This document shows positions 12,784 to 24,290 of a DNA stretch of 64,000 bases, one piece after another. A program made the translations under genes and the position numbers. How positions within the stretch are numbered: position 1 is the stretch's first letter; every line of letters begins with the position of its first letter. The DNA is from Eledone cirrhosa (Eukaryota): assembly GCA_964016885.1 (NCBI GenBank), contig OZ024740.1, forward strand, positions 426,870,001 to 426,934,000, in the 5' to 3' direction. The notes beneath the pieces are model-generated. The model was not told the origin of the DNA, searched no databases, and saw only the letters and a list, made by a program, of their open reading frames with translations.

Positions 12784-13913
12784 ACTCTCCTAAGTCCATC
12801 AAATCTCTCCCTCTCCTCTGACTCTCCACACAGAGCACTAAACCTGTTTCTCACTTCCACTGTGAACCTCTCCTGTAGCTTATCATCTTCCTTGAAAGCT
12901 CCCCAGTCATAGGTTGTTCTCCGGGGCTGAGCCTTGCTCTTTCTTAAGCTCACGCGGACCTCACTCATAACAAGCCGGTGGTCACTACCCAGTGTACTGA
13001 AATAGCTGTATGGTTCCGTGTTCAGAACACTATTCCGCCACTTTTTCCTCACCAGAATGAAATCAATCTGGGACTTGGACAGGTGCATATCTGAGATGTA
13101 GGTCCACATCTTCCCCAGATTCTTCCTAAACCTTAGGTTGGTCGCCATCAAGTTCGCCTCCAGCAGGGTGTCTCTCAGTAGTCTTCCATTTCGGTTGGTG
13201 TTGTTATGGAAGTACCAGCAAGGATCTTCACTGCCCTCCTTACTCAGATGTGCATTGAAGTCCCCCAAAACAAGCAGGATATTGTGTGCCTGAGTGGTGT
13301 TGACAGCTCTACACACCTCCTCATGGAACTCCTCGGCATTCACATCACTGTCCCTCTCGGTTGGACTATAGGCTGAGATGACTGTCAGTCTTGGGTTTCC
13401 ATTGAAGGTCACCCTCAACACTCGCGGGGAGATAGGCATTATTTCCCTCACCAACAGATTGGTTTTTGCACTGAACACAAAACCCACCCCTCCTACTGCA
13501 GCATTTGTTGTGTTCTTCACTGCCGATGTAGTGATGAGCTGGCTCTTCCTCCCGATCATCACACTCCTCACGGGCTCATCGTGTAGAATCCTGTGTTCTT
13601 GGATCGCAAGTATCTGTATACCACTCTCCTCGAACAGATGTCCCAACTCCTCTCTCTTCTCCAGCGTTCGAATAGTCCTCACATTCAAAGTGCCCATTTT
13701 GATGGCTCTTCTGCAGGACAAAACTGCATTCTTTATATTTGTCTCAGAGACAGCTGATCCATCATCCACTGGCCCTCTCTGTGGCTCTAAGCCAGCAGAG
13801 TCATAACGACCAGGCTGCTCCTTGACAGTGTAATTAGGGGCTCTAACCCTAGTGCTGTTAGATCGACTCTCCATATTTCTTTTCAATGGCTGACAATACC
13901 TTACCGGCGCCAC
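12780..13913 (-). CDS. RTE apurinic-like (APE) endonuclease part
   Basis: GTLNVRT, LAIQEHR, SAYSPT, LGDFNAH, QIDFIL, SDH motifs. Confidence 0.9.
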   Translation of the reverse strand: MAPVRYCQPLKRNMESRSNSTRVRAPNYTVKEQPGRYDSAGLEPQRGPVDDGSAVSETNIKNAVLSCRRAIKMGTLNVRTIRTLEKREELGHLFEESGIQILAIQEHRILHDEPVRSVMIGRKSQLITTSAVKNTTNAAVGGVGFVFSAKTNLLVREIMPISPRVLRVTFNGNPRLTVISAYSPTERDSDVNAEEFHEEVCRAVNTTQAHNILLVLGDFNAHLSKEGSEDPCWYFHNNTNRNGRLLRDTLLEANLMATNLRFRKNLGKMWTYISDMHLSKSQIDFILVRKKWRNSVLNTEPYSYFSTLGSDHRLVMSEVRVSLRKSKAQPRRTTYDWGAFKEDDKLQERFTVEVRNRFSALCGESEERERFDGLRRV

Positions 13914-14089
13914 TCGAATAAGGTAGTTATTTAACCCATAAATGGAGCCCTAACAGGTACTACCACCCCGGGCCAGGGCAGACCTGGGAGTCATGACAAC
14001 TAAGGGGTAACTCCACATTCCCCACATCTCCTGAACTCCCGAACTGGAGCCTTGCCACTGGATGTAGTTTAATGTCATACCCAGGACAT

Positions 14090-14135
<46 letters not shown>

Positions 14136-14270
14136 AAGTGAGGTTTATTTTAACAAAATGAAAAATAACCGAGGTGTCCTACACGAGTGAAAGTATAAAG
14201 AAAAAAATATGAAACCGAAAATGCAACTGGAGTCTTATTTAAAAAAAATATATATATATTTATTTGGTTC

Positions 14271-14303
14271 CTTTACCGGTTTCGTAGTTCTGCTTTTCAA
14301 AAG
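14271..14303 (-). ncRNA. minimal hammerhead candidate with U3-A8 core
   Basis: ctt-TTGAAAA-gcagaactac-GAAA-ccgg-TA-aag; short stems. Confidence 0.4.
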
Positions 14304-14770
14304 TAGAGTTGTGATGGAGGGTCTGTGATTTTTCTCACATCTGGTTGGTCTCTGAATGTTACTTGTTTTATATGGAAAAAGTGGCTCGAAATGACAGGTT
14401 TTTCGAGAAGTAATTTGATTGGTTGGTCAATAATTATAATAAATTTCGCGCCAGTTCGCGTTACAAAGTTCTTCAAACAAGGGGGGGGGCACAGGTTGTT
14501 TTTTCATATAAGAGTGTTTGAATTTCTTGTCACTTAAAAAAAGGGGGGGGGGGCTACGAAGGCTTTTTTTTAATAAACGTAATTTGATTGGTTATAAATG
14601 AAATTATGGCTCTCACGTGAACAACTTTTCATTAAATTTTCGCGCCCTTATTTGGAAATCTATTCTGTAGCCTTTTTAAAGAATGTTATGACAAGTAAAA
14701 GATAATGGTCAAGAGAAATTGGATGGGAGAATTGTTCTGGTTCAGTGAATATGGTTAGTTCGCTGGGGTG

Positions 14771-15120
14771 TCAGTTGTTAGCTGTCGAGACACTGCATCC
14801 TTTAAAACCTCCATGGAATAAACTCCCTGCATCAGTTGTTAGATGTCGAGACACTGCATCCTTTAAAACCTCCATGGAACAAACTCCCTGCATCAGTTGT
14901 TAGCTGTCGAGACACTTCATCCTTTAAAACCTCCATGGAACAAACTACCTGCATCAGTTGTTAGCTGTCGAGACACTGCATCCTTTAAAACCTCTATGGA
15001 ACAAACTACCTGCATCAGTTGTTATCTGTCGAGACACTTCATCCTTTAAAACCTCCATGGAACAAACTACCTGCATCAGGTGTTAGCTGTCGAGACACTG
15101 CATCCTTTAAAACCTCCATG
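14771..15120 (+). repeat. 61-bp minisatellite, ~5.7 copies
   Basis: tcag(t/g)tgtta starts at 14771, 14832, 14893, 14954, 15015, 15076. Confidence 0.95.
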
Positions 15121-15316
15121 CTTCCTGAGATTCACCAGCATTACACCTAATGTCCCCCCCCCCCCATACACACGCACACAGGTATATCATGACTCATACA
15201 CTGTTCACTTTCCTAACATTTGTACGTTATTCTATGTATTATACATGCACCTTTGATATGTGGTAGTGCACCTGAGCACTGTACACATTAATTTCGTTAT
15301 TATCATTATTATTATT
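14771..15316 (+). mobile_element. CR1-group LINE 3' fragment (ORF2 tail, 3'UTR, (ATT)n tail)
   Basis: repeat translates as WNKLPASVVSCRDTASFKTSM, last copy continues LPEIHQHYT*; ends in ttattatcattattatt. Confidence 0.65.
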
Positions 15317-15419
15317 CGATCATTTGACAATGTCTGTTAAAAATAGACTATTGGGCGGGTATCTTTATATTTACTATATTATATCAATTCCGTATATCCG
15401 TATACCGCTGATAATTGAA

Positions 15420-15871
15420 CAGAGCTTCGACATCACCGTGAGCGCTACATTATCTGCATGATGTGGAAAATATTCCATCACCTTTGCCCAAATGATGTTG
15501 GCATCACCTTTAATGTTCACCAAAGTCTCGGGCCCCGTGCTATCCGACCACGATAACAATCTCACTCGCATCTCATAACAACAATACAACACAATTATTT
15601 CACCTTAATTGGCCCTTCTCTCTTTAACATTACACCAAAACACATCAAAGCAGAAACAGACCCCATCAAGTTCAAGAAGTCTTTGGACAAATTCCTTCAA
15701 GAAATTCCGGATAAGCCTCCTACACCCGGATATGGCCCCGTAAACAATAACTCTCTGATCGAGTGGGCCATGGTGCCCAAACCCTGATTTGTAAGACTTC
15801 GCCAGGTGGTACAATTAAATTAGACATAGCCTGGGCCAATACTGGCCGAAACCTATCAAAGTTATCAAAGT

Positions 15872-15872
<1 letters not shown>
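15420..15872 (+). mobile_element. CR1/L2-group LINE 3' fragment
   Basis: RHHRERYIICMMWKI...GPSLFNITP...[21 protein letters not shown]...NSL; short (TATCAAAGT)2 tail. Confidence 0.75.
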
Positions 15873-15906
<34 letters not shown>

Positions 15907-15952
15907 GTACATATATATATATGCGTGTATATATATATAAATATATATATAC

Positions 15953-16103
<151 letters not shown>

Positions 16104-16225
16104 AAATTAAAAGGTATATATATATATAAAAATTAGACAGAGTCATAGATACATATATATGTTTTTGGCAACCATTCACGCTGTGGCTCAATGAAGAATT
16201 AATTAAATAATTAATAATCAGAGCA

Positions 16226-16577
16226 ATATATAAAAATGTAAGTCCAAAGAATCATTAGATAAAATATATACAGTATTTCTCCCAATCAGTATAAATCAAT
16301 CACACAAAAAATCATTTAAACAAGGCTATAAGTTTAAAATGTGCTTATGAAGAAATAATAGACAAATGACTATATGTCTCGTCAATTTCTACAGGCTAGA
16401 AGGAATATTACGTAAATATCAAAGAAGCTATATCATTTGTCTATTATTTCTTCATAAGTACATTTTAAACTTATAGCCTTGTTTAAATGATTTTTTGTGT
16501 GGTTGAATTTTACTGATTTTGAGAAGAAACACTGTATATATTTTATCTAATGATTCTTTGGACTTACATTTATATAT
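16226..16577. repeat. fold-back inverted repeat (~140-bp arms), probable PLE terminal remnant
   Basis: ~16226-16369 is the reverse complement of ~16433-16577. Confidence 0.8.
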
Positions 16578-16939
16578 ATATATATATATATGTATACGTA
16601 CATACATATATGTATACAGACGTACAGTAGTATGTATATATATACATACATGCACATATATATATATATGCACGTATCGGTTTACCGAACATTTATTATA
16701 ATGCTCGGTTTGTTTGTTTGTAAACAAACAAACAGCCCGAATTACGCCGTACAGTGTTCAGGCAACCACGTCACCTTTTTGTTCAACACTGACACAGGAA
16801 CGATGTACTAGTTTCAAGCTTATACATATATGTATGTATACATATATGTATACATATATGTATGTACGTATACATACATAATTATATTTAAGTAAGTGCC
16901 GTCCTGAGAGTGAGAAATGAAATTTCGTTTCATTCTATT

Positions 16940-16989
<50 letters not shown>

Positions 16990-17059
16990 TATGAAGAGAG
17001 AAGAAACATTTAGATATAATTAGTAATAAAATGTATCATACCTAAACTGCTCCTAAATT

Positions 17060-17147
17060 CCTCGACTACGTAGTTTCGTGGCAGAAACAAAAACAATATA
17101 TCATAAAGACATAGAGTCCTTGCGAGGTCTGCCGACTTATCAAGAGG
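17060..17147 (-). ncRNA. type I hammerhead with compensatory U3-A8 core and GUC site
   Basis: cctc-TTGATAA-gtcggcaga...tctgccac-GAAA-ctacgtag-TC-gagg. Confidence 0.7.
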
Positions 17148-17320
17148 ATACCTCATTTTACTAGTCTCAAGAACGCGTCTACACGACGTGAGAAAGAATC
17201 CCAAAAGGCGGAGGGGGAGATAGTCACGCGATATAACGGTCGAGAAACAGAGCTAAGCCTCTTATAACCCCGAAGAAAATACCACGGAGGCGGAGGGGGT
17301 ATTTATATCGAGGCCGTAGA

Positions 17321-17358
<38 letters not shown>

Positions 17359-17424
17359 AGCTTTAACCTAATATACCCCTTCCATATACTGTACCGATTC
17401 TGTTTTTATTTCTGTTTACCTTTT

Positions 17425-17494
<70 letters not shown>

Positions 17495-17910
17495 GAGTAT
17501 AGGCGGTAATTACATTCCCAATGTATCTATCGTTGATATCTAATCCCAAGGTCCTGCCGACAAGTATGATATGATATTTGACACATATAAATCTAGGGAC
17601 AGAGAAATATTCAATTATTATTACATTGATAGTTAGAGTGCAATTATGCGGAACGTGTCCCCACGACGGCTATCTCAGCGATTATTTTTCAAACAGATAA
17701 TACTGCAATGAATTATAAAGGTAGAGTTATTACCTACCTGACAACAACAATAGCAACATTACCGAAACATAGCCAACAACAAATGCAGTGTTCAGCCCAC
17801 TGGCCTATTTTCAATTTTATGAAAGGATCTCTTAATATCACGTAGATTCATATCAATCGTATTAGGCGAAACACGCTGTTAGATGCAGAAGGTTGTATCA
17901 AAACCGTATC

Positions 17911-18055
<145 letters not shown>

Positions 18056-18213
18056 ACGTATATATATATACATATATATAAATATATATATATATAGAGA
18101 GAGAGAATTAGTATATTTACCAACATATGCGTACAGATGTACACCAATGCTAGCAAATACATAAGTTATGTCATAGTACCTAGGTGGTTCTATGCAGGGG
18201 GATGCAGAACAAT

Positions 18214-18390
18214 TATATGAAAGACGTAAAATAAGAAAATTTTAAAAATTAAAAATTAACTTACTTACTAAAATTTTCACTCCAACTAATTAGTTTCTGT
18301 AATGGGATAAAGATAGTTACGCAATGAAAATTTTAGTAAGCAAGTTAATTTTTAACTTTTAAAATTTTCTTATTTTACGTCTTTCATATA
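18214..18390. repeat. fold-back inverted repeat (~65-bp arms)
   Basis: 18214-18279 is the reverse complement of 18325-18390; both arms start at tGAAA. Confidence 0.8.
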
Positions 18391-18457
18391 TATATATATA
18401 TATATAGAATAAGGAAAAGCGAAGTAGTTTCAGATGTCCAAGTCCTTTAATAATAAT

Positions 18458-18531
18458 GCTGTGATATATATTTCAATGGCGACACTGGCCACACTGTTCT
18501 GTGTGCGAGTGTCGTGACATCATCAGACAGC
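18458..18531 (-). ncRNA. type I hammerhead, palindromic minimal stem III, AUC site
   Basis: gctgt-CTGATGA-tgtcacgacact...agtgtcgccatt-GAAA-tatata-TC-acagc. Confidence 0.75.
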
Positions 18532-19742
18532 TTGTTACATAATAAGGTTATGTTTCCGAGGCAATCCAAATTGAATCGACATGGGAACGGATGAAATGCG
18601 TGCTCTTGGTTTTCTCACCCGTTCCCCTGTGAGTACCAATTCACCCCCACCGGTCTGCGCATGCGCATGTCCGAAGGAAGTTGACCATTAGCTACCGCAG
18701 ATTTTAACGAAATTCGCTTAGTCAGTTCACCCTCTCAGCCACACAATGGCCCGTACCATAGTTTACTGCTACCCATCTCGACTGTGGTAGTCAGTCGAAA
18801 GCCAGAGGGGATAGGAGAGTGTTAGTTTTTACAGGTCATAATACTACCTCTCACCTAGCATGGACAGTTCAACTGACCATCAACTCAAAGGGAAAATAAA
18901 CTTAATTCTAGGTATCATGGTTTTACATTGTAAGTTAAGAGTGAGAGTGTGAAATAAAAATTAAAGTCATAAATCAAGTATCAGAAATTATAAATTAAAC
19001 AATTAAAAAATTAACAATTAGAAATTAAAAGTTAAACATTTTTTTTCCAAGTGAGAATTCGGATTGAGGTGAGTAAAAAAATATAGATTGAAGTGAGTAA
19101 ATAATATGGAGAGAGATGTTTAAGTAAGAAGTTCTGAGAGGTGTTCTAGTGTCACAGTTACTCTATCCACATATTGAACGACAGTGCCGTACATTAGAAC
19201 GGAGGGTAAGCTACAGCATTCAAGGCATTAGTCAATCTGGTACACAGTCATAATTTCCATCACATGGAACAATACCAAAGAAAAACAGACATAAAAGAAA
19301 AGAACCAATAATGAATAAATGCAAAAACACCGAGTACATATATGCAAAATGATCCATATGATTGTCAATCTGTCCATGTATAGATCGAATTGAGGGGGCT
19401 TCTGTTTAAATGCGATTTGGTGCAGGGAAATAGGGGTTTATCTTATGTTTTGTTTCCGTGTATTTATCCTGCCGAAAGTTACTATTATGTCCGTCCAGTG
19501 TAAGGGGTTTCCATCCCATGGTAGAGGGAATTTCCGGGGTAGCTCATGATTGGTTCCTCTCTTCTCCACCATATCGGTTACATCATAGAGCGCTCAACTA
19601 ATTGGAGCTAAATTATTAGGGTAAACATTGATGCAATTCAATTCAAGCACTCAACGTACTTTTTCCACATAGGAGTGACGGAGTAAATATCGAATAAGGA
19701 AAAGCGAAGTAGTTTCAGATGTCCAAGTCCTTTAATAATAAT

Positions 19743-19924
19743 TGTTTCTACTTTAGGCACAAGGCCAGCAATTACCCAGTGCATTACTGGTACTTTTATT
19801 TTATCGACCCCGTAAGGATGAAAGGCAAAGTCAACCTCGGCGGGATTTGAACTCAGATCGTAAAGGGACGTAACTATGCTGGAAAGCATGGCGTCCGACC
19901 CTCTACCGATACTGCCAATCCACC
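19743..19924 (-). mobile_element. tRNA-derived SINE with 16-bp TSD
   Basis: A-box tggcagtatcggta, B-box gagttcaaatccc, core gcctttcatccttacggggtcgataaa, end ggccttgtgcctaaagtagaaaca+ATT; TSD gtcctttaataataat at 19727 and 19925; empty site at 18442. Confidence 0.9.
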
Positions 19925-20255
19925 GTCCTTTAATAATAATGCTGTGATATATATTTCAATGGCGACACTGGCCACACTGTTCTGGCTTTCGACTGACTAC
20001 CACAGTCGACATGGGTAGCAGTAAACTATGGTACGGGGCATTGTGTGGCTGAGAGGGTGAACTGACTAAGCGAATTTCGTTGAAATCTGCGGTAGCTAAT
20101 GGTCAACTTCCTTCGGACATGCGCATGCGCAGACCGGTGGGGATGAATTGGTACTCACAGAGGAACGGGTGAGGAACCCAAGAGCACGCATTTTATCCGT
20201 TCCCATGTCGATTCAATTTGGATTGTTTCGGAAACATAACCTTATTATGTAACAA

Positions 20256-20329
20256 GCTGTCTGATGATGTCACGACACTCGCACACAGAACAGTGTGGCC
20301 AGTGCCGCCATTGAAATACATATCACAGC
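20256..20329 (+). ncRNA. type I hammerhead (inverted copy of 18458-18531)
   Basis: gctgt-CTGATGA-...-GAAA-tacata-TC-acagc. Confidence 0.7.
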
Positions 20330-20455
20330 ATTATTATTAAAGGACTTGGACATCTGAAACTACTTCGCTTTTCCTTATTCGATATTTACTCCGTCACTCC
20401 TATGTGGAAAAAGTACGTTGAGTGCTTCAATTGAATTGCATCAATGTTTACCCTA

Positions 20456-20503
<48 letters not shown>

Positions 20504-20812
20504 ATATTTGTAAACATCAATATACATAGGGGTGTACGTGTGTGTAGATATACACATATATATAGATGCATATATATACAAATATATATTGACAATTACA
20601 TACATTCACAAACGTGGGTGTCAGTAGATGGAAAATACTAAATATTTAAAGGGCTTGTATATCTATTTACATATATGTAATTTATATTTACATATATATC
20701 TTTGAGGGATGTCTCTTCTTGTTTGAGGTAAACCACTACTGACTATTAAATGTAGTGTGCTGTTGACTGGTTCTAATATATTTTCAAATATCTTACAAAC
20801 AACGCTCTGCAC

Positions 20813-21070
20813 ATGCAGATTCGCCTACTCCTGTGCTCGTTTAATTATATATATAGATATGATGCACATACTGCTAAATTACCATGGATTATATTTCTGC
20901 AAGTTTCAAGGCTTTTGGAGATCATCAGCAGTCTGGTCATGACTATTGTAATGTTCCATCCTGTCCCAGAAAAGACATGCAAGAAACAATTTAGCTTAGA
21001 TGAAAGAACAAGACTTAAATTAGTAGACAAGTTTCTCTACCTCGTCAACATTGTCAGTCATTCTTGTTAG
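20813..21070 (+). pseudogene. decayed LINE (RTE-like) RT fragment
   Basis: TIVMFHPVP...LKLVDKFLYLVNIVS resembles the KT.VM.QP...VDKF.YLGS thumb-proximal motif. Confidence 0.5.
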
Positions 21071-21304
21071 CTCTGTCATCTTAATATTTTGTCATTTATA
21101 ATTCATATTAACGATGGTATTGTCATATTGTTTTGTTTTTTCGGTTTCATTACGTATACAGTGAAATATGTATACACCCATAAGCGCACACGCAGAGGCG
21201 CATATATACGCAGAAGATTCGTTCTTATGTAGGAACTTGTGGATGTTGGTCACATATTAATAGAAAGTATGAAAATAATCTTGGGCAGTGTAAGCATTCA
21301 ACCT

Positions 21305-21484
21305 TCACCACCATAGGCGCTGAGCTGGCCAGCCGCAGGTGTGAGTCTCGCGAGTTGAAATTGCTTTTCCAGCGCGTCTCCCTTACCGTCCTCCCGGGAA
21401 ACGCCTTCTCCATTCTGTCTGTCGAGGCTGTGGGGAGGCCACCAATATGATTGACTGACTTGTCATTTTATCAGTCAGATGTTC
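21305..21484 (+). mobile_element. CRE-like retrotransposon 3' fragment (short copy)
   Basis: paralogous to ~21890-22065. Confidence 0.7.
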
Positions 21485-21751
21485 TAATGATTCTATATAT
21501 TTTTCATCATTCCTAAGAATGAAACATGTTTTATCTAGCAAATAGAACTTATTCCTTGTAAGTAAAACAATTATGATACCAAGAAACTTTCTAAATCAAC
21601 TTGCTATTGGCCTGCTTAATCGACGTTCCCTTCCGCTGTTCACATGAGACTCTATATACCCAGAGTGACGCTGTGCCAATGGGTCCGGCAATCAGGCTCA
21701 TCTTCATAGCGTTCTGTATGCTGACTTGGAAAAGAAAGGCATTCTCAAACA

Positions 21752-22065
21752 TAACCCCAGGTTCTGCTGCGCGTCTGGCTGAGGAGGCCAAACTCTTCAA
21801 ATACCGGTCGCTCTCCGACAGGTTTGCGGTTGTACCCTTGGCAGTGGAGACTTCTGGTGTCATCGGCCCTAGGGCTACCTCCCTACTCCCCACCAAAGGC
21901 GCTGATATGGTCAGCCGCAGGTGTGAGCCTCGCGAGCTGGAATGGCTGTTCCAGCGCATCTCCCTTGCCGTCCTCCGGGGAAACGCCTTCTCCATTCTGT
22001 CCGCCGGGGCTGTGGGGAGGCCACCAATGTGATTGACTGAGTTGTCATTTCATCTGTCAGGTGTT
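21752..22065 (+). mobile_element. CRE-clade non-LTR 3' fragment, restriction-like endonuclease C-terminus
   Basis: AARLAEEAKLFKY...VPLAVETSGVIGP...LFQRISLAVLRGNA. Confidence 0.8.
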
Positions 22066-22907
22066 AAAGCTTTTGCTGTTTTAACAGCTTCCTTGCGTTG
22101 AGTTCTTCCCATTATTCTACGAATTATAAAGGTATAAACCCAGTGTTTCATCGTACCATAGCACATATACCATGCATGTTGATTATATATTTATTGTATT
22201 GATACAGTTAAACAAGTCTAAAGACCCAAAAAGCCGTTCTCCAAAGCAATACCATGTAAAAATTACTGTATAACATCGACAATGATCCTTGCTTGAGTCT
22301 CATGTCTAGCCACAGTAAACACGATAACTCCATCTGGTATGTTGCAGAGAAAATATGTAACATCTAGTCCGAAGTCATCGGTTGACAATCACCTTCCATC
22401 CCCTGTTTTAGACAATTAGCACTAGAGGTTGTTCCTTCTCCGTAGCATTTGTCTCGGTACATTTAATTTAATACATGTCTTTTGTCAAGCCTCCCCTCCC
22501 TCAATAGTTTTCTCCAAATTCCACAGGTATTACAATGATAAGGGCATACAAAATTCCTCATGTGACATGGACATGGTTTGGCTTTCATTCTGCGAGTATT
22601 TCATATGCCAATAACTATGGAATATTATAAACAGCGACAATGTATCTGGTTCACTCACAAATAGTATTTACTAACATTTTTCAACCACAAATTCCTGGCC
22701 CATCATGGATAGTGACAGTCATCGATCTCCGTATGTTCGAGCCACAGAATACCAATGCAGTATTAATCTCTTTTGACTGCTCTCATAATCCTGCTGCCCC
22801 AGTGCCGACAGTTTCCTACGCCATATCGCTCACACCGATATCATTAAACGTTTCGATGTAACATGCTTCCCATCAGAACTGTAGCCTGTACAGTTAGTAC
22901 GGTATGT

Positions 22908-23262
22908 CTAGGGCGGGTAAAATTCTCGAGATCCATGGACGAGTTCTCTCCAGCGGTCACTGTCCCTTATTATCGCTGCCATGACCTGCGTCTCCAACAG
23001 ACGTCCAAGTGTGTCCATGCAAGGGCTCTCACATGAGCACTGAGTGCAGTGTCAACTCTGGATGTCGGTGAGCATGTCCAGCTAACCTCAGTCTCGCAAT
23101 GTTACTCTCGAGCTGACTTTTGGGAGGCTTCCGTACAGCTCTGAGTTCAACATCCTCACTGTATACTGATTAATGTACAGAGCCATCCTCAGCATTCTCG
23201 TGTAGCACCCATCCACCATCTGACTGAGTTCCTTGGTCAGTGTCCAAGTCTCAGACCCGTAC
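22908..23262 (-). mobile_element. 5'-truncated copy of the RTE family at 10773-14088
   Basis: matches 10777-11180 with an internal deletion. Confidence 0.92.
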
Positions 23263-23632
23263 TAGTGACATCAATGAGAATATCACTGACGTCACTAGTA
23301 CGGCATTACCGCAAATAAACGAACTGTATCACAATCGTTCCGTTCAGAGGTGATAAAAAACTTACCTGGGAGGGAACATACTACGGCAAGGTAAGGAAAC
23401 TAAAGACAATCACCTGAAACGTCGTTGTCTTGCAGTCTGATGTTTGCAAGATGTTAAAGTACCACCTCTTCCCATTCAGATTCCACGACAAACATACAAT
23501 GGTGGAAGTATCTGGGGTGCTGAATCAGAAACCTACCTCTCAGCTTCCCTTGGATGCCAGTCGAATATTTGGACGATTGATTTGTATAATTCTTCATATA
23601 TGATGAAATTCTATCCTAACTGGGCATAGAGC

Positions 23633-23750
23633 AGAAGAAGAAGAAGAAGAAGAAGAAGAAGAAGAAGAAGAAGAAGAAGAAGAAGAAGAAGAAGAAGAAG
23701 AAGAAGAAGAAGAAGAAGAAGAAGAAGAAGAAGAAGAAGAAGAAGAAGAA
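23633..23750. repeat. (GAA)n tract
   Basis: direct reading. Confidence 0.98.
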
Positions 23751-23760
23751 ACTTAACCTC

Positions 23761-23833
23761 TGGAGATTCTGTGTATCGATCCCGGTACACCTCGCATGCA
23801 AATCAAGTGATCTAATATCTCTGCTAATTCCTC
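23761..23833 (-). pseudogene. tRNA-Ala(TGC) pseudogene, inverted relative to the array
   Basis: minus: gaggaattagcagagatattagatcacttgatttgcatgcgaggtgtaccgggatcgatacacagaatctcca; 73 nt, D, anticodon and T stems broken. Confidence 0.85.
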
Positions 23834-23849
23834 TAACACGTGCCACTAC

Positions 23850-23851
<2 letters not shown>

Positions 23852-23881
<30 letters not shown>

Positions 23882-24076
23882 CTTCTTCTTCTTCTTCTTC
23901 TTCTTCTTCTTCTTCTTCTTCTTCTTCTTCTTCTTCTTCTTCTTCTTCTTCTTCTTCTTCTTCTTCTTCTTCTTCTTCTTCTTCTTCTTCTTCTTCATCT
24001 TCTTCTTCTTCTTCATCTTCTTCTTCTTCTTCTTCTTCTTCTTCTTCTTCTTCTTCTTCTTCTTCTTCTTCTTCTT
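23852..24076. repeat. (CTT)n tract at the start of the tRNA array
   Basis: direct reading. Confidence 0.98.
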
Positions 24077-24217
24077 CACACCACCAACATCACGTGACCT
24101 ACCTGTGAGGAGGGCCGTCAGCAATAGTAATCATAGAACCTATAGAATCCGCCCGAGGCCGCCCTTATTATTTACTATATATGTATATATATATTGTAGA
24201 GAAACAGACTCATGTGA

Positions 24218-24290
24218 GGGGAATTAGCTCAGATGGTAGAGCGCTCGCTTAGCATGCGAGAGGTACCGGGATCGATGCCAGGATTGTCCA
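24218..24290 (+). tRNA. tRNA-Ala(AGC), variant
   Basis: cloverleaf, G3:U70; C63A and C69G mismatches. Confidence 0.8.

Larger units (their letters stand above)
10773..14088 (-). mobile_element. full-length RTE-clade LINE (~3.3 kb)
   Basis: APE + RT coding region with one frameshift, ~175-300 nt 5'UTR, almost no 3'UTR, TSD ttattatatat at 10762-10772 and 14089-14099. Confidence 0.92.
18408..20459. mobile_element. PLE-like terminal-repeat complex: two minus copies and one inverted plus copy
   Basis: 18408-18805 is the reverse complement of ~19981-20379; 19615-19984 (minus the SINE) is the reverse complement of ~20286-20459. Confidence 0.75.

Noticed and set aside
13914-14088. HDV-like or twister ribozyme in the RTE 5'UTR
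   Set aside because: Could not fit either consensus by eye; kept only as a structured leader
14771-15120. 61-bp periodic array as CRISPR
   Set aside because: Whole unit repeats with no unique spacers and it translates as a LINE ORF2 tail
22080-22900. Higher-complexity, Cys-rich-looking minus-strand stretch as a host exon or viral relic
   Set aside because: Frames are broken by stops and I recognise no motif; needs BLASTX
23359-23400. acttacctgggagggaacatac resembling the U1 snRNA 5' end
   Set aside because: Similarity fades after ~25 nt; no stem-loops or Sm site seen; equally a chance minus-strand splice donor
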